This document shows, one piece after another, positions 18,636 to 28,954 of a DNA stretch of 64,000 nucleotides. The stretch is taken from IMG/VR virus record IMGVR_UViG_3300042997_000183, positions 1 through 64,000 of that record; one strand, written 5' to 3'. The first letter of the stretch is position 1. Each line of letters begins with the position of its first letter. The translations under genes were made by a program, and so were the position numbers. This stretch comes from a virus. Taxonomy: Duplodnaviria; Heunggongvirae; Uroviricota; Caudoviricetes. The notes beneath the pieces are model-generated. The model made no database searches. It was not told where the DNA came from and saw only the letters and a list, made by a program, of their open reading frames with translations.

Positions 18636-18954
18636 AAAAACTACATTTATAAATACAGAGCTTGAATGGGCTGAGACACAGCTTGTTTCATGGAAACAAT
18701 ATGTAGATGCAAACCCTCTTCATGAACTAAAAGACAGAATTGAGTGGAAACCTACAGCTAAAGGAGGTATGTTACCTATGGTGATAGCTTCTATTGAGGC
18801 ACAAGGTAAGTTTGTACAAGAGACAATGAAAAACTACCTAGCTCTTATTGAGGTGGTAGACAAGTTAAGAAGCGTTGAAGAGGCAAAGGTGGAAGTGAGA
18901 GGTAAAGGGGAATTATCTGGTGCTGCAGAAGAGTTTCTTAAGAACAGAAGATAA
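18619..18954 (+). CDS. Hypothetical protein immediately upstream of the terminase, possible small terminase subunit
   Basis: Position only (TAATG overlap with terL). No motif. Confidence 0.25.
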   Translation: MATTIKKTTFINTELEWAETQLVSWKQYVDANPLHELKDRIEWKPTAKGGMLPMVIASIEAQGKFVQETMKNYLALIEVVDKLRSVEEAKVEVRGKGELSGAAEEFLKNRR

Positions 18955-20981
18955 TGAATGTACACATACAGAGTATAGATTACAAAGACTGGTTTATTAA
19001 TCAGAAGCGTCTGCCAGACAGAGCATCTGAGGAATATAAGGAATTCTATGATTTTCACAAAGACCTATGTTTAAATGGCTGTATGATGGGGGGTGTATAT
19101 ATTAACCCCTTTTTATATTGGCACCTAAACATTTGGCATACAGAGGTGGATATTATTGATGAGTATGGAAGGATTGCACAGAAATATGCTAATCCTTTAT
19201 TACGTGATAACGAGTGGCTGGTAACAAACGAAATTGACAGAGCCCAAAAAGAAAGAAAGGGTTTAGTCATTCTAGGTATTAGACGTTTTGCTAAGTCCGT
19301 TATTGAGGCATCTTATATTGCATGGGGTGCAACATTTGATGAAAACTCACAAAACATTATTGCTGGTTTGAATGCTCCAGATATTAAGCTTATCACAGAT
19401 AAGATTGATAAGGGGCTTAACTTCATTCCAGAATATTGGAGATGGCAGAGAATTGAGGATAACTGGAAAAACCAAGTTACACTTGGTATCAAGACTAAGT
19501 CTGGAGAACGTATCCCCTTTTCTTCCATCTTAATTCGTAACCTTGATGAAGGTAATAATGAGGAAGCTATTGCAGGTACAAAACCACGTAAATTAATTAT
19601 AGATGAAATTGGTAAAGGAAATTTCCTTCGAGGTTTACAGGCAGCTATTCCTGGCTTCACTACACCCTATGGCTGGGGATGTTCTCCTATTCTTACTGGG
19701 ACGGGCGGTGATATGAAGAAATTTATGGATGCAAAGAGCTTAATGTTTGATGTAGACAACTTTAATTTCCTTACATATAACAATGAGAAAGATACATCTC
19801 GTATACATGGACTCTTCATATCTAATAAATATAGAATGGAGGCCAAAGATAAAAGCTCTCTTGGGGCTTATCTAAATGAACCTTATACATCCGACTTACA
19901 CAAGATTGAGATGCTAGTAAGTGACCAAGAAAAGGCTGACCAAATCACTATGCAAAACTTAGAAAGACTTAAGAAAGCTGGTGATAGAGTTGCCTATCTA
20001 AAAGAAAAGATGTACTACCCACAGGAAGTGGATGACATATTCCTCAATGAAGATACCAACATCTTTGATATTGAGGCTGCTAAAAGGCAGAAGAGTAAAC
20101 TATTACAACAAGACAGAACAGGTACACCTATTATATTATTCAATGATGGAGAGAAGATAACACACGAGTTTACAGACACACTTCCTATATCTAACTTCCC
20201 TCTAAAGAATAGTGATCAAAAGAATGCTCCTGTTGTTATATATGAATTCCCTATTGATAATCCTCCATATGGATTATATGTAGCAGGAGTCGATCCTTAC
20301 AGACAAGGACAATCTGCATATTCAAGCTCATTAGGATCTGTTTATGTTTATAAAAGAATGCATGACCTAACAGGTGAGAAATATCAAGATATGTTCGTAG
20401 CTTCGTATTGTGCTAGACCTGATAAGAAAGAAACTTGGGAAGAACAAGCTCGCCTACTTATCAAGTATTACAATGCTAGAACACTTTGTGAGAATGATGA
20501 CATATCATTTATAGAATATATGAAGGCTAAAGGGGATGCTCACTATTTAGAAAAGCAACCTCAATGGCTTATGGAGATTGTTCCAAATACAACAGTGAGA
20601 CGTGAATATGGAATACATCGTTCAAGTCAGAAGATAATTGACTATCTTCACAACTGTTTAAAGAAGTATTTGGAAGGAACAATATATAAAGAGACAAATG
20701 AAGCTGGTGAGATTGTGAGAGAAGTGTTGGGAATAAGTAAGATATTTGATCCTGTATTACTTGAAGAAGTTATTCAATATAATGATTCAGGTAACTTTGA
20801 CCGTATCATTGCTGCAGAATTAGCTATTGCTCAAGCACTTAAAATGGATCCTATATTTGGAAAGATTGGTGGGTCTAGTGATGATAGAGTGAAAGCGATG
20901 CATTCAGGATCACCAAAGAACCCTTTATTTTCTACATCAAGAGGAATATTTAATAAAAGAAAACGTAAACTTTTTACATAA
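18954..20981 (+). CDS. terL: Terminase large subunit
   Basis: ATPase Walker B KLIIDEIGKG. C-terminal RNaseH-like nuclease with YVAGVDPYRQG (catalytic Asp) and further acidic motifs. Its position before the portal fits the usual packaging cassette. Confidence 0.75.
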   Translation: MNVHIQSIDYKDWFINQKRLPDRASEEYKEFYDFHKDLCLNGCMMGGVYINPFLYWHLNIWHTEVDIIDEYGRIAQKYANPLLRDNEWLVTNEIDRAQKERKGLVILGIRRFAKSVIEASYIAWGATFDENSQNIIAGLNAPDIKLITDKIDKGLNFIPEYWRWQRIEDNWKNQVTLGIKTKSGERIPFSSILIRNLDEGNNEEAIAGTKPRKLIIDEIGKGNFLRGLQAAIPGFTTPYGWGCSPILTGTGGDMKKFMDAKSLMFDVDNFNFLTYNNEKDTSRIHGLFISNKYRMEAKDKSSLGAYLNEPYTSDLHKIEMLVSDQEKADQITMQNLERLKKAGDRVAYLKEKMYYPQEVDDIFLNEDTNIFDIEAAKRQKSKLLQQDRTGTPIILFNDGEKITHEFTDTLPISNFPLKNSDQKNAPVVIYEFPIDNPPYGLYVAGVDPYRQGQSAYSSSLGSVYVYKRMHDLTGEKYQDMFVASYCARPDKKETWEEQARLLIKYYNARTLCENDDISFIEYMKAKGDAHYLEKQPQWLMEIVPNTTVRREYGIHRSSQKIIDYLHNCLKKYLEGTIYKETNEAGEIVREVLGISKIFDPVLLEEVIQYNDSGNFDRIIAAELAIAQALKMDPIFGKIGGSSDDRVKAMHSGSPKNPLFSTSRGIFNKRKRKLFT

Positions 20982-23566
20982 TGGCAATTATACGGTATAC
21001 AAAAGATGCTACGATTAGGTATGCATATTTAAATATATTTCCTGATCAGTTTAAAACTGAGAAGGAGAAGCAAGATGAGAGTTGGATTAAAAACACAATG
21101 GATTATTTTGCCAACAAATCATACGCTGAGTATGTGAAGAACAGAGACACCTTTGTCAAGAACTATGATCTTGTCAAGGGTATTTTGCGTATGGAGGATT
21201 TCTATCAAGAGCCTGTTGTAAGTAGCTTTACACAAACATTAGAAGCTAACTTAAACCTTCCTTCATATGTAAAAATGTATTCTATTATCACCACTCCTCT
21301 TAATGAGTTAGTTGGAGAGATTTCTAAAAGACCAGATGCTTTCCGTGTGAAGGCATTTGATGATGATAGTCAAGCTGAAGAACTAGAATTCAAAACTGGT
21401 ATTCTACAGGAATACATTATGAATGAAGCTAGACAAAAGATATTAACCAAAGCCCAGTTAAATGGACAAGAGTTAGAAGATGAAGAGGTTCAACAAATGA
21501 CAATGGATCAAGTGAAAGATGAGCTAGATAGCTACACATCTATTGCTGAGAAATGGGCCAACCATATTCTTACATGTCAGAAAGCAGAGTTTAATCTTAA
21601 GGAGAAATCAGAAGATGCATTCAGAGATATGTTGATTTCAGCTAGAGAGTTCTATCATATATATGAAGATAACTCAAAGCTTGGATTTAACATTGAGGTG
21701 GCTAACCCTAAAAACACTTGGTTCCTAACTACACCAGATAGAAAGTATGTTTCAGATCCTACAGGTAGAGCACAAGGAGCATATGCTGCTGGTATTGTAC
21801 AGGTGATGGAACTATCTGAAATCATTGAAGCTATTCCTGACCTAACTAAAGAAGAAATAGATCACTTACGTAGTTCTTTACAAGACTATGGATTGATTAA
21901 TGTACGTGAATCAAATCTTGGTAATCCAAATGCAACACCTGGTATTGATTCAGTACAATATGATACATACGATCCTCTTGTTCTACAAACAAGAATGATT
22001 ATTGAATCAGAAATGAAAGAGAACGATGATGGACTTAAAGACTTCTTGGGACTTACATCTAATGTAAGCTCATTTGGTTATAAGTATGTGGTAGTTAGAG
22101 CTTATTGGATCTCTAAGAAGAAGATTGGTAAGTTAGTCTACACAGATGAAATGGGCAATGAGCAATCTATGCTTGTTGATGAAAACTATAAGAGTAAGAC
22201 AATTCCTACAGAGATTTCTTTAGAATGGGGTTGGATTAACCAATGGTATCAGGGCATTAAGATTGGTCCAGACATCTACCATGTTAAACCATACAAACTA
22301 TTAAGCTATTGTCCTATCATTGGATTGGTTCATGAAGTTAAGAATACAGAAGCTAAGAGCTTAGTAGACTTAATGAAACCATTCCAAGTGTTATATAATG
22401 TATGTATGAACCAGCTTTACACACTTCTTGAGAAGGAAGTTGGTAAGGTGTATTTGACATCCATCAGACACATCCCTGTTCCTAAGGACGGTGATGCTCA
22501 AGATGCTTTAGATATATGGGAACTAGAAGCTCGTAATAGAGGAGTTGTATTTATTGATGACTCTCCTGAAAACTTAAAGAGTCCTTCTAGCTTCAATCAG
22601 TTTAGAGATATTGACCTTACACGTACGCAGGAGATTCAATCTCGTTACACGTTAGCTATGCAACTTAAGCAAGAGTGTTGGGAACTAGTGGGTATGTCTA
22701 AACAAAGAATGGGATCTGTATCAGCTAGTGAAAGTGCCACAGGTACAAACGCAGCTCTTACACAATCTTATTCTCAAACAGAACCTTTATTTGTAGCTCA
22801 TGAATATGTTCTTGGTCAATTGTACCAAGCTATCATTGATGCTGCTTTATATGTAGAATCTAGTAAACCACAATCCACCCTATCATACATTACATCTGAT
22901 GGAGAGTCTGCTTTCGTACAGGTGAATGGAACTGATCTCAAATTCCGTGACCTTAAGGTGTTCTTAACCAATCGCCCTGAAGATCAGAAAATGTTTAACG
23001 AATTACGTGGATTGTCTCAAGCTGTTATACAAAATGGTGGTTCATTACATGATATCATTGAACTCTACAGCACTGATTCTGTACGTAAGATGAAGAAGGT
23101 GTTTAAGAGCCTTAAGGATAAGCAAGATGCTATGCAACAACAACAGTTGGATCTGCAACAGCAACAGCAACAACAGCAGCAAGAGCAAGCTATGGCTCAA
23201 ATCCAACAAGCTCAAGAAGCTCAAGAGAAACAATTGGCTCATGATGACTATCAGAAGGAACTTGATAGAATCAATAAGAAAGAAATTGCACTTATTGCTG
23301 CTGAATCAAAGAGTGGTCCTCTATCAGATCTTGATATGTCTGGAGCTCCTGATGTATTGGAAATCAATAAGTTAGGTTTAGAGCAATCTAAAGCTAGCAA
23401 TGATTACCAATTAAGACTTCAAGAGATTCAATCTAGAACAAGACAAGATGCTGAGAAACTTCAATTGGAAAGAGAGAAGTTACAAGTGGCTAGAGAAAAC
23501 CAAGCAAATGATTTAGCTGTTGCTAAAGAAAATGCTAAAGGTAGAGCAAATAAGAAAACTAAGTAA
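20981..23566 (+). CDS. Putative portal protein (861 aa) with a C-terminal Gln-rich coiled coil
   Basis: Size and position directly after terL with a 1-nt TAATG overlap. C-terminus contains QQQQLDLQQQQQQQQQEQAMAQIQQAQEAQEKQ. Confidence 0.5.
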   Translation: MAIIRYTKDATIRYAYLNIFPDQFKTEKEKQDESWIKNTMDYFANKSYAEYVKNRDTFVKNYDLVKGILRMEDFYQEPVVSSFTQTLEANLNLPSYVKMYSIITTPLNELVGEISKRPDAFRVKAFDDDSQAEELEFKTGILQEYIMNEARQKILTKAQLNGQELEDEEVQQMTMDQVKDELDSYTSIAEKWANHILTCQKAEFNLKEKSEDAFRDMLISAREFYHIYEDNSKLGFNIEVANPKNTWFLTTPDRKYVSDPTGRAQGAYAAGIVQVMELSEIIEAIPDLTKEEIDHLRSSLQDYGLINVRESNLGNPNATPGIDSVQYDTYDPLVLQTRMIIESEMKENDDGLKDFLGLTSNVSSFGYKYVVVRAYWISKKKIGKLVYTDEMGNEQSMLVDENYKSKTIPTEISLEWGWINQWYQGIKIGPDIYHVKPYKLLSYCPIIGLVHEVKNTEAKSLVDLMKPFQVLYNVCMNQLYTLLEKEVGKVYLTSIRHIPVPKDGDAQDALDIWELEARNRGVVFIDDSPENLKSPSSFNQFRDIDLTRTQEIQSRYTLAMQLKQECWELVGMSKQRMGSVSASESATGTNAALTQSYSQTEPLFVAHEYVLGQLYQAIIDAALYVESSKPQSTLSYITSDGESAFVQVNGTDLKFRDLKVFLTNRPEDQKMFNELRGLSQAVIQNGGSLHDIIELYSTDSVRKMKKVFKSLKDKQDAMQQQQLDLQQQQQQQQQEQAMAQIQQAQEAQEKQLAHDDYQKELDRINKKEIALIAAESKSGPLSDLDMSGAPDVLEINKLGLEQSKASNDYQLRLQEIQSRTRQDAEKLQLEREKLQVARENQANDLAVAKENAKGRANKKTK

Positions 23567-23568
23567 TT

Positions 23569-24099
23569 ATGTTAGATAGGCTAATTGACGTTGTGTTACA
23601 ATTTGGCTCAGACGTACTCCCTGGTATTATTATTAGGGATTACGAGGAGGCTGTGCTTCTAAGATTTGGCAAGTTTAAAAAGTTATTAAAACCTGGATTC
23701 CATGTAAAGATACCGTTTGCAGATGAGGTGATTGAGCAACATGTCGTTGTGACAACATTAAGTCTTCCAGCACAATCTTTGTATACTAGTGATAAACAGA
23801 ACATTGTTGTCAAGGGTGTAATCAAATACAAGATATCAGATGTAAAAACATTCCTGCTAGAAGTGTTTGATGCCCAAGATGCAATAGCTGACATGTCACA
23901 AAGTGTCATAAAAAATGTAATCATGGCTATGTCCCTGGAAGAATGTACAGATGCAGAACTTGATAACACATTAACTAAGAAGGTAAGGGTTGAAGCAAGG
24001 AAGTGGGGTGTTGACATTCAACAAGTTACACTCACTGATTTAGCTCCAATTAGGAGTTACAGGCTAATAAATGACACAATTACAAACAATCTTGATTAG
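23569..24099 (+). CDS. SPFH (band 7 / stomatin-prohibitin-like) domain protein
   Basis: YEEAVLLRFGKFKKLLKPGFHVKIPFADEV...KGVIKYKISDVKTFLLEV...KWGVDIQQVTLTDL matches the SPFH core (AVxxRxGK...GxHxxxPF...V.V.DL). Confidence 0.5.
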   Translation: MLDRLIDVVLQFGSDVLPGIIIRDYEEAVLLRFGKFKKLLKPGFHVKIPFADEVIEQHVVVTTLSLPAQSLYTSDKQNIVVKGVIKYKISDVKTFLLEVFDAQDAIADMSQSVIKNVIMAMSLEECTDAELDNTLTKKVRVEARKWGVDIQQVTLTDLAPIRSYRLINDTITNNLD

Positions 24100-24219
24100 A
24101 GTGAATTACATTAATGCTATATTATCGTGAATAATGAGCCTTATAATGCACTACCTCTTTGGTATTAATTTATAATAATATACTTTTACATCTGAAAACC
24201 AATAATAAATAAACTACAT

Positions 24220-25482
24220 ATGGCTGAAAATCTAGAAAACCCATCAATGGGAAACTTTAGTATTCAAGATACTATGGAAATGGGTATGGGAAACCAAGAA
24301 CTTTTAAGCGATTTATTTGCTCCTGAAACTTCTACTACCAATCCTGATGATATCCAAGATATTAAAGATGAACCTGCTCCTGCACCTAAACCTGCAAAAA
24401 AGACACCAGCTCCTGCTGATGCTTCAGAAGAGAATGATGAGGAAAAGAAAGAAGATAATGCAAAGTCTTTACAGGACTTTTTACTAGGTGGAGATGATGA
24501 AGAGGAAGAGGATGAAGATGATTCTCCTGCTCCAGCTCCCAAAGCAAAAGCTCCTGTAGATACAGAAGATGATGAAGAAATAGAAGGTGATGAACCAGCT
24601 AGTCCATTCACATCTCTATCTAAAGATCTTTTCAAACTTGGTGTATTTACCAACGATGAAGATGAAGAGGATGTTGCAATTTCCACTCCTGAAGAATTTC
24701 TTGAGCGTTTCCAAGCTGAGAAGAAGAAAGGAGCTATTGAGGTGGTAAACAACTTCATTGGTCAATTTGGAGAAGATTATCAACAAGCGTTTGATGCCAT
24801 ATTTGTAAAAGGAGTAGATCCAAAAGAGTATTTCGGTACTTTTAATAATATAAAGAGTTTTGCTGAGATGGATTTAGCAGACGAAGCTAACCAAATTGCA
24901 GTAATTAAACAAGCACTCAACGATCAAGGATTTGATCCTGAGGATGTTACAACAGAAGTTGAAAGACTTAAGAATTACGGTGATTTGGAAACTGTTGCTA
25001 CTAAACACCACAAAGTGTTGGTTAAGAAAGAAGCTGCAAAGCTTCAAGAAATGGAGCAAGAGAATGAAAGAAGATTACAACAGCAAGCTGCTGTTAAACA
25101 GCAATACTTTCAAAACGTTCAGTCAGTATTACAAGAAAAACTAAAAACAAAAGAGTTTGACGGTATTCCTCTGAACCCTAAATTGGCTGGTGAACTACAA
25201 GATTTCCTGTTAGTAGATAAGTATAAGACAGCATCTGGTGAGACTCTCACAGATTTTGATCGTACTATTCTAGAACTTAAACGTCCAGAAAACCATGCAA
25301 CAAAGGTTAAGATTGGACTGTTACTAAAGATTTTAGAAAAGGATCCTACTCTATCTACAATACAAAAGACTGGTATCACCAAAAAGTCAAATGAATTGTT
25401 TGGTGAAGTTGCTAGACAAGTTAGCAAAAGTTCTACAAAAACAGGAAATAAGCCTAAGCCTACAACTTCATGGTTTCAATAA
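24220..25482 (+). CDS. Acidic, low-complexity putative scaffolding protein
   Basis: 420 aa with PAPAPKPAKK and D/E-rich stretches plus predicted helices. Lies between the portal and the large capsid gene. Confidence 0.4.
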   Translation: MAENLENPSMGNFSIQDTMEMGMGNQELLSDLFAPETSTTNPDDIQDIKDEPAPAPKPAKKTPAPADASEENDEEKKEDNAKSLQDFLLGGDDEEEEDEDDSPAPAPKAKAPVDTEDDEEIEGDEPASPFTSLSKDLFKLGVFTNDEDEEDVAISTPEEFLERFQAEKKKGAIEVVNNFIGQFGEDYQQAFDAIFVKGVDPKEYFGTFNNIKSFAEMDLADEANQIAVIKQALNDQGFDPEDVTTEVERLKNYGDLETVATKHHKVLVKKEAAKLQEMEQENERRLQQQAAVKQQYFQNVQSVLQEKLKTKEFDGIPLNPKLAGELQDFLLVDKYKTASGETLTDFDRTILELKRPENHATKVKIGLLLKILEKDPTLSTIQKTGITKKSNELFGEVARQVSKSSTKTGNKPKPTTSWFQ

Positions 25483-25516
25483 ACAATTTATAAACATTAA
25501 TTAAAAAAATAACAAA

Positions 25517-27070
25517 ATGGCAATTCAAACAATCCCAGGTTTAACTGGATTTACGTATGCTCGTGTTGCTTCTATGGACAAGCGTGCAGTAGGTAAGTTA
25601 ACAGATTCTAACCACTTGGAGAGTTTTCACTCAACTGAGCCAGCAGATTATGATAAGAAAATTATCAGTTTGTATACTCAGAGTTCTCTTTACAGTAATG
25701 ATTTCCTAGACATGATCAACAAGTCTACTCCTTACTATATCGATAATAACAGTGATGCTTGGAAGTGGCAAGTACAAGTTCCTTACAAGTTTCCAAAAAT
25801 CATTGACATCCCTGATACCACTCTAGCTTTAGATAAGCCAGGTATCGATGGTCAAGAATTTTCTCTTGTAATTGACACAAATGAGTTTTCTAAGAACGCT
25901 ATTGTTTCTGTAGGTACTCGTCAGTATGGTCCTCGTTTCTACGTTATCAAGGATCCTCAACCTTGGAACGCTGGTTTCTTGTACACATTCACTCTTGTGA
26001 CTGACAACCCTCAAGTAGATTACGTAAGTGCTACTTTCTTACAAACTGGTATCGAACTAGAATTAGTTGATGCTGCTATCGGTGAATTCGATCAAGACTT
26101 ATTAGGTCTTCCTCGTTTAGGTGAGCAAATCACTATGTTTGAATCTTTAGGTTCTGCATATGGTTATGAGCACAAGATCACTGAGTGGGCTGATGATAAA
26201 ATGATGCGTGATGCTTCTGGTAAGCCTCTTGACATCTTAGTATATGCTCCACAAAGACGTAACCAATTACCTTTAACTCGTAACGATGTTAAATGGGAAC
26301 CATTTATTGAGTTCTGGATGCGTAAGTCTATGTTAGAATTAAAAGTTAAGCGTATGATCTGGGCTAAGCCTGGTACCGTGAAGACTAATGGTTCTAAGCA
26401 AGAATTAAAGCGTACATCTGCTGGTGTTTACCACAGAATGCGTAATAACGGTAACTTAGTACAATACAACCGTGGTGAGTTCACTGCAAACTTGATTCGT
26501 TCAGTGTTTGGTGACTTATTCTACAGACGTGTTGATGTTAAGGATCGTAGAGTTAAAATGTACACAAACGAAGCTGGCTTTGATGTGTTCCAACAAGCTC
26601 TTAAAAATGATGCACTTAATTCTGGTTTAACTTTCATGGCTGATTCTGGTAATCGCTACATGCAAGGAGAAGGTCAACACATCACTTACAACTTTGCATT
26701 CGATGCAATGGTTACACGTGAAACAGGTCGTGTTGAACTAATTCACTTAAAAGAATTAGACCTTCCTCAAACTAACTTAGAATTCGGTCAGAACAAAAAA
26801 TCTACTCCTGTATTCATGGTGTTTGATGTATCTCCAATGAGCGATGGTTCAATGGTAAACAACATCCGTGAAGTACGTATGAAGGGTGCTCCTTCAATGA
26901 CTTGGGGTTATATCGATGGTACTCGTCACCACTTAGGTTTTGCTAAGTCTCAAGGTATGAGTTCTGCAAACAAATTCCCTGGTTATGAGATTTGGATGAA
27001 AGACCGTTGTGATGTATTCATTGAAGATTTATCACGTACAGTATTAATCGAAGAAATACCACAATTCTAA
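25517..27070 (+). CDS. Putative major capsid protein (517 aa)
   Basis: Largest head-module ORF after the scaffold, followed by a strong hairpin. Codon usage is biased towards GGT/CGT/ACT, consistent with high expression. Confidence 0.5.
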   Translation: MAIQTIPGLTGFTYARVASMDKRAVGKLTDSNHLESFHSTEPADYDKKIISLYTQSSLYSNDFLDMINKSTPYYIDNNSDAWKWQVQVPYKFPKIIDIPDTTLALDKPGIDGQEFSLVIDTNEFSKNAIVSVGTRQYGPRFYVIKDPQPWNAGFLYTFTLVTDNPQVDYVSATFLQTGIELELVDAAIGEFDQDLLGLPRLGEQITMFESLGSAYGYEHKITEWADDKMMRDASGKPLDILVYAPQRRNQLPLTRNDVKWEPFIEFWMRKSMLELKVKRMIWAKPGTVKTNGSKQELKRTSAGVYHRMRNNGNLVQYNRGEFTANLIRSVFGDLFYRRVDVKDRRVKMYTNEAGFDVFQQALKNDALNSGLTFMADSGNRYMQGEGQHITYNFAFDAMVTRETGRVELIHLKELDLPQTNLEFGQNKKSTPVFMVFDVSPMSDGSMVNNIREVRMKGAPSMTWGYIDGTRHHLGFAKSQGMSSANKFPGYEIWMKDRCDVFIEDLSRTVLIEEIPQF

Positions 27071-27103
27071 TCTAAGGATTAGAAATAACCTACCGAGAAG
27101 AAT

Positions 27104-27135
27104 TCCCCCCCACTGCTCCAAGTGGGGGAGTCTTC
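27104..27135 (+). terminator. Stem-loop downstream of the capsid gene (CCCCCACT-GCTCCA-AGTGGGGG)
   Basis: Perfect 8-bp GC-rich stem seen in the sequence. The U-tract is weak. Further nested hairpins follow to about 27200. Confidence 0.4.
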
Positions 27136-27230
27136 TCACACAGATGGATGGATACAGATTACATGTCTGTATGGCACTCTCTTCGCTGAGAACCCATCTG
27201 CAAAAATAAACCAAACAAAAACAACTACAT

Positions 27231-28199
27231 ATGGGTAAGATAGGAAAAATCTCTACGTTAAAGAAAGATTACAACAACTCTCAGTTACAAACTATGCAAG
27301 GTGGACTTGCACAGAAAGGTTTAACCAGGATCCCTGGAACAGGTGTATTTAAGTATCCTTACAAGGAACTTGATGGACAGTACAGAACTGGATTAGATCC
27401 AAATGCTGCATACATTCGTAGAATGGGTGACAGTCTTGAAAGAGAAATGGAAGTTGAAAGAGTTACAGCACTTAAACAAAAACTTGAAGCTAATTTAGGT
27501 GATGTTGATTTAGGTCCTCGTTCTAGTTTCTGGAACTATGGATTGTCTACATCTACAGATGATACATTACATGTACAAGCTGTTAAGTTGATGGATGGTG
27601 ATAACTACTTTGATTTCTCTAATCCTTTTCAAGAATTAGCTTTTGCATGGTTAAGAGTTCATCCAACAATTGCCTCTAGCTATCAGGCTTGGGAACGTGG
27701 TGAAGTTCCTGCAGATACACAATTTTACGTTGCTGATGATGAAATTGAAAATGCAGTGATATTCAAGAAGAAACAATTGATCAACAAGGCTATTGTCAAG
27801 TTTGATTCAATGAGTCCTGAGAAGAAACGCAAGGTGGCAAGATTGTTAGGATTACCTGTTACAGAAGATACTAAAGAAGACTCTGTATACAATCAGGTAG
27901 ACAACCTATTAAAACAAACAGAATTCAAGAATGGTAAACATGCTGGTTTAAACCCTGTAGAGGTGTTCAGCAGATTTGCAGATATGAAGGAAAACTTACT
28001 CCATATTAAAGACTTGGTTAAGCAAGCTATTGCTCACTCAGTATATCGTTTAAAACCTAATGGTAAGGTGTATGAAGGAGAGTTTGAGATTGCTAAGGAT
28101 GAAGATGATTTAGTTAAATTCCTTGCTGATGAAGATAACCAAGACGAATTATTAACCTTGGAAGGAAAATTAAAAACTAAGAAAATAGCTTCTGTATGA
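27231..28199 (+). CDS. Virion structural protein (322 aa)
   Basis: ORF in the structural operon with ATGA overlap to the next gene. Confidence 0.45.
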   Translation: MGKIGKISTLKKDYNNSQLQTMQGGLAQKGLTRIPGTGVFKYPYKELDGQYRTGLDPNAAYIRRMGDSLEREMEVERVTALKQKLEANLGDVDLGPRSSFWNYGLSTSTDDTLHVQAVKLMDGDNYFDFSNPFQELAFAWLRVHPTIASSYQAWERGEVPADTQFYVADDEIENAVIFKKKQLINKAIVKFDSMSPEKKRKVARLLGLPVTEDTKEDSVYNQVDNLLKQTEFKNGKHAGLNPVEVFSRFADMKENLLHIKDLVKQAIAHSVYRLKPNGKVYEGEFEIAKDEDDLVKFLADEDNQDELLTLEGKLKTKKIASV

Positions 28200-28927
28200 T
28201 ACCCGTAGATAGTTTATTATATAAAATTGACCAGAAACTAAATAAACTATCAACTAACGAGCATCAACAAATTCAATTGGAAGATAAGATTTTAGCCTTG
28301 AATGAGGCTCAGATCAAGTTGATTAAACAGAAGGTTGACGGTCAAAACACAGTTTCTGGTTTAGGTCTAGATGCTTTCAAAAAGCGTTACGAAGACCTAC
28401 AAAGTTTGGTGGTAAATTATAACCATCAACCCCTAAATTTAACACTACTAAATGCTGAGTTAAATCAATGGTCTGCAGATATTCATTTACTCACTCCAAA
28501 ATACATGTTCTATATAGATAGTTATGTATTAGCAGATAAGGGTAGATGTACAGATAGAAAAATATGGATTAATAGAGATCTTACTAAGCATGGCGATTTA
28601 CAATTTTGCTTAACTAACACTCACTATAGACCATCATTTGAATATCAAGAAACGTTTAATTCTATATCTTCTGATGAGATTTCTATATTTACTGATGGTA
28701 CATTTACACCTAAGCAAATATATGTATCGTACATGAGATACCCAGTGTATATTAATAAGACTGGATATGTTATGTTAGACGGACAGAACTCTTATGATCA
28801 AGACTGTGAACTAGAAACATACCTAGAAGATGAGTTGTTAGACTTAACAGTTCAAAACCTAGCGATGTATACAGAGAATCAATCTGCAGTTCAAAGTGCT
28901 CAGTTTAGAATTCAAACAAACGAATAG
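28196..28927 (+). CDS. Virion structural protein (243 aa)
   Basis: Translationally coupled ORF. Confidence 0.45.
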   Translation: MIPVDSLLYKIDQKLNKLSTNEHQQIQLEDKILALNEAQIKLIKQKVDGQNTVSGLGLDAFKKRYEDLQSLVVNYNHQPLNLTLLNAELNQWSADIHLLTPKYMFYIDSYVLADKGRCTDRKIWINRDLTKHGDLQFCLTNTHYRPSFEYQETFNSISSDEISIFTDGTFTPKQIYVSYMRYPVYINKTGYVMLDGQNSYDQDCELETYLEDELLDLTVQNLAMYTENQSAVQSAQFRIQTNE

Positions 28928-28954
28928 TTATTTTCACAATTTAAATAAAACAAA

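Noticed and set aside
24264-24758. 164-aa minus-strand Ser-rich ORF
   Set aside because: Antisense of the GAA/GAT-rich acidic region of the scaffold-like gene. No independent support.
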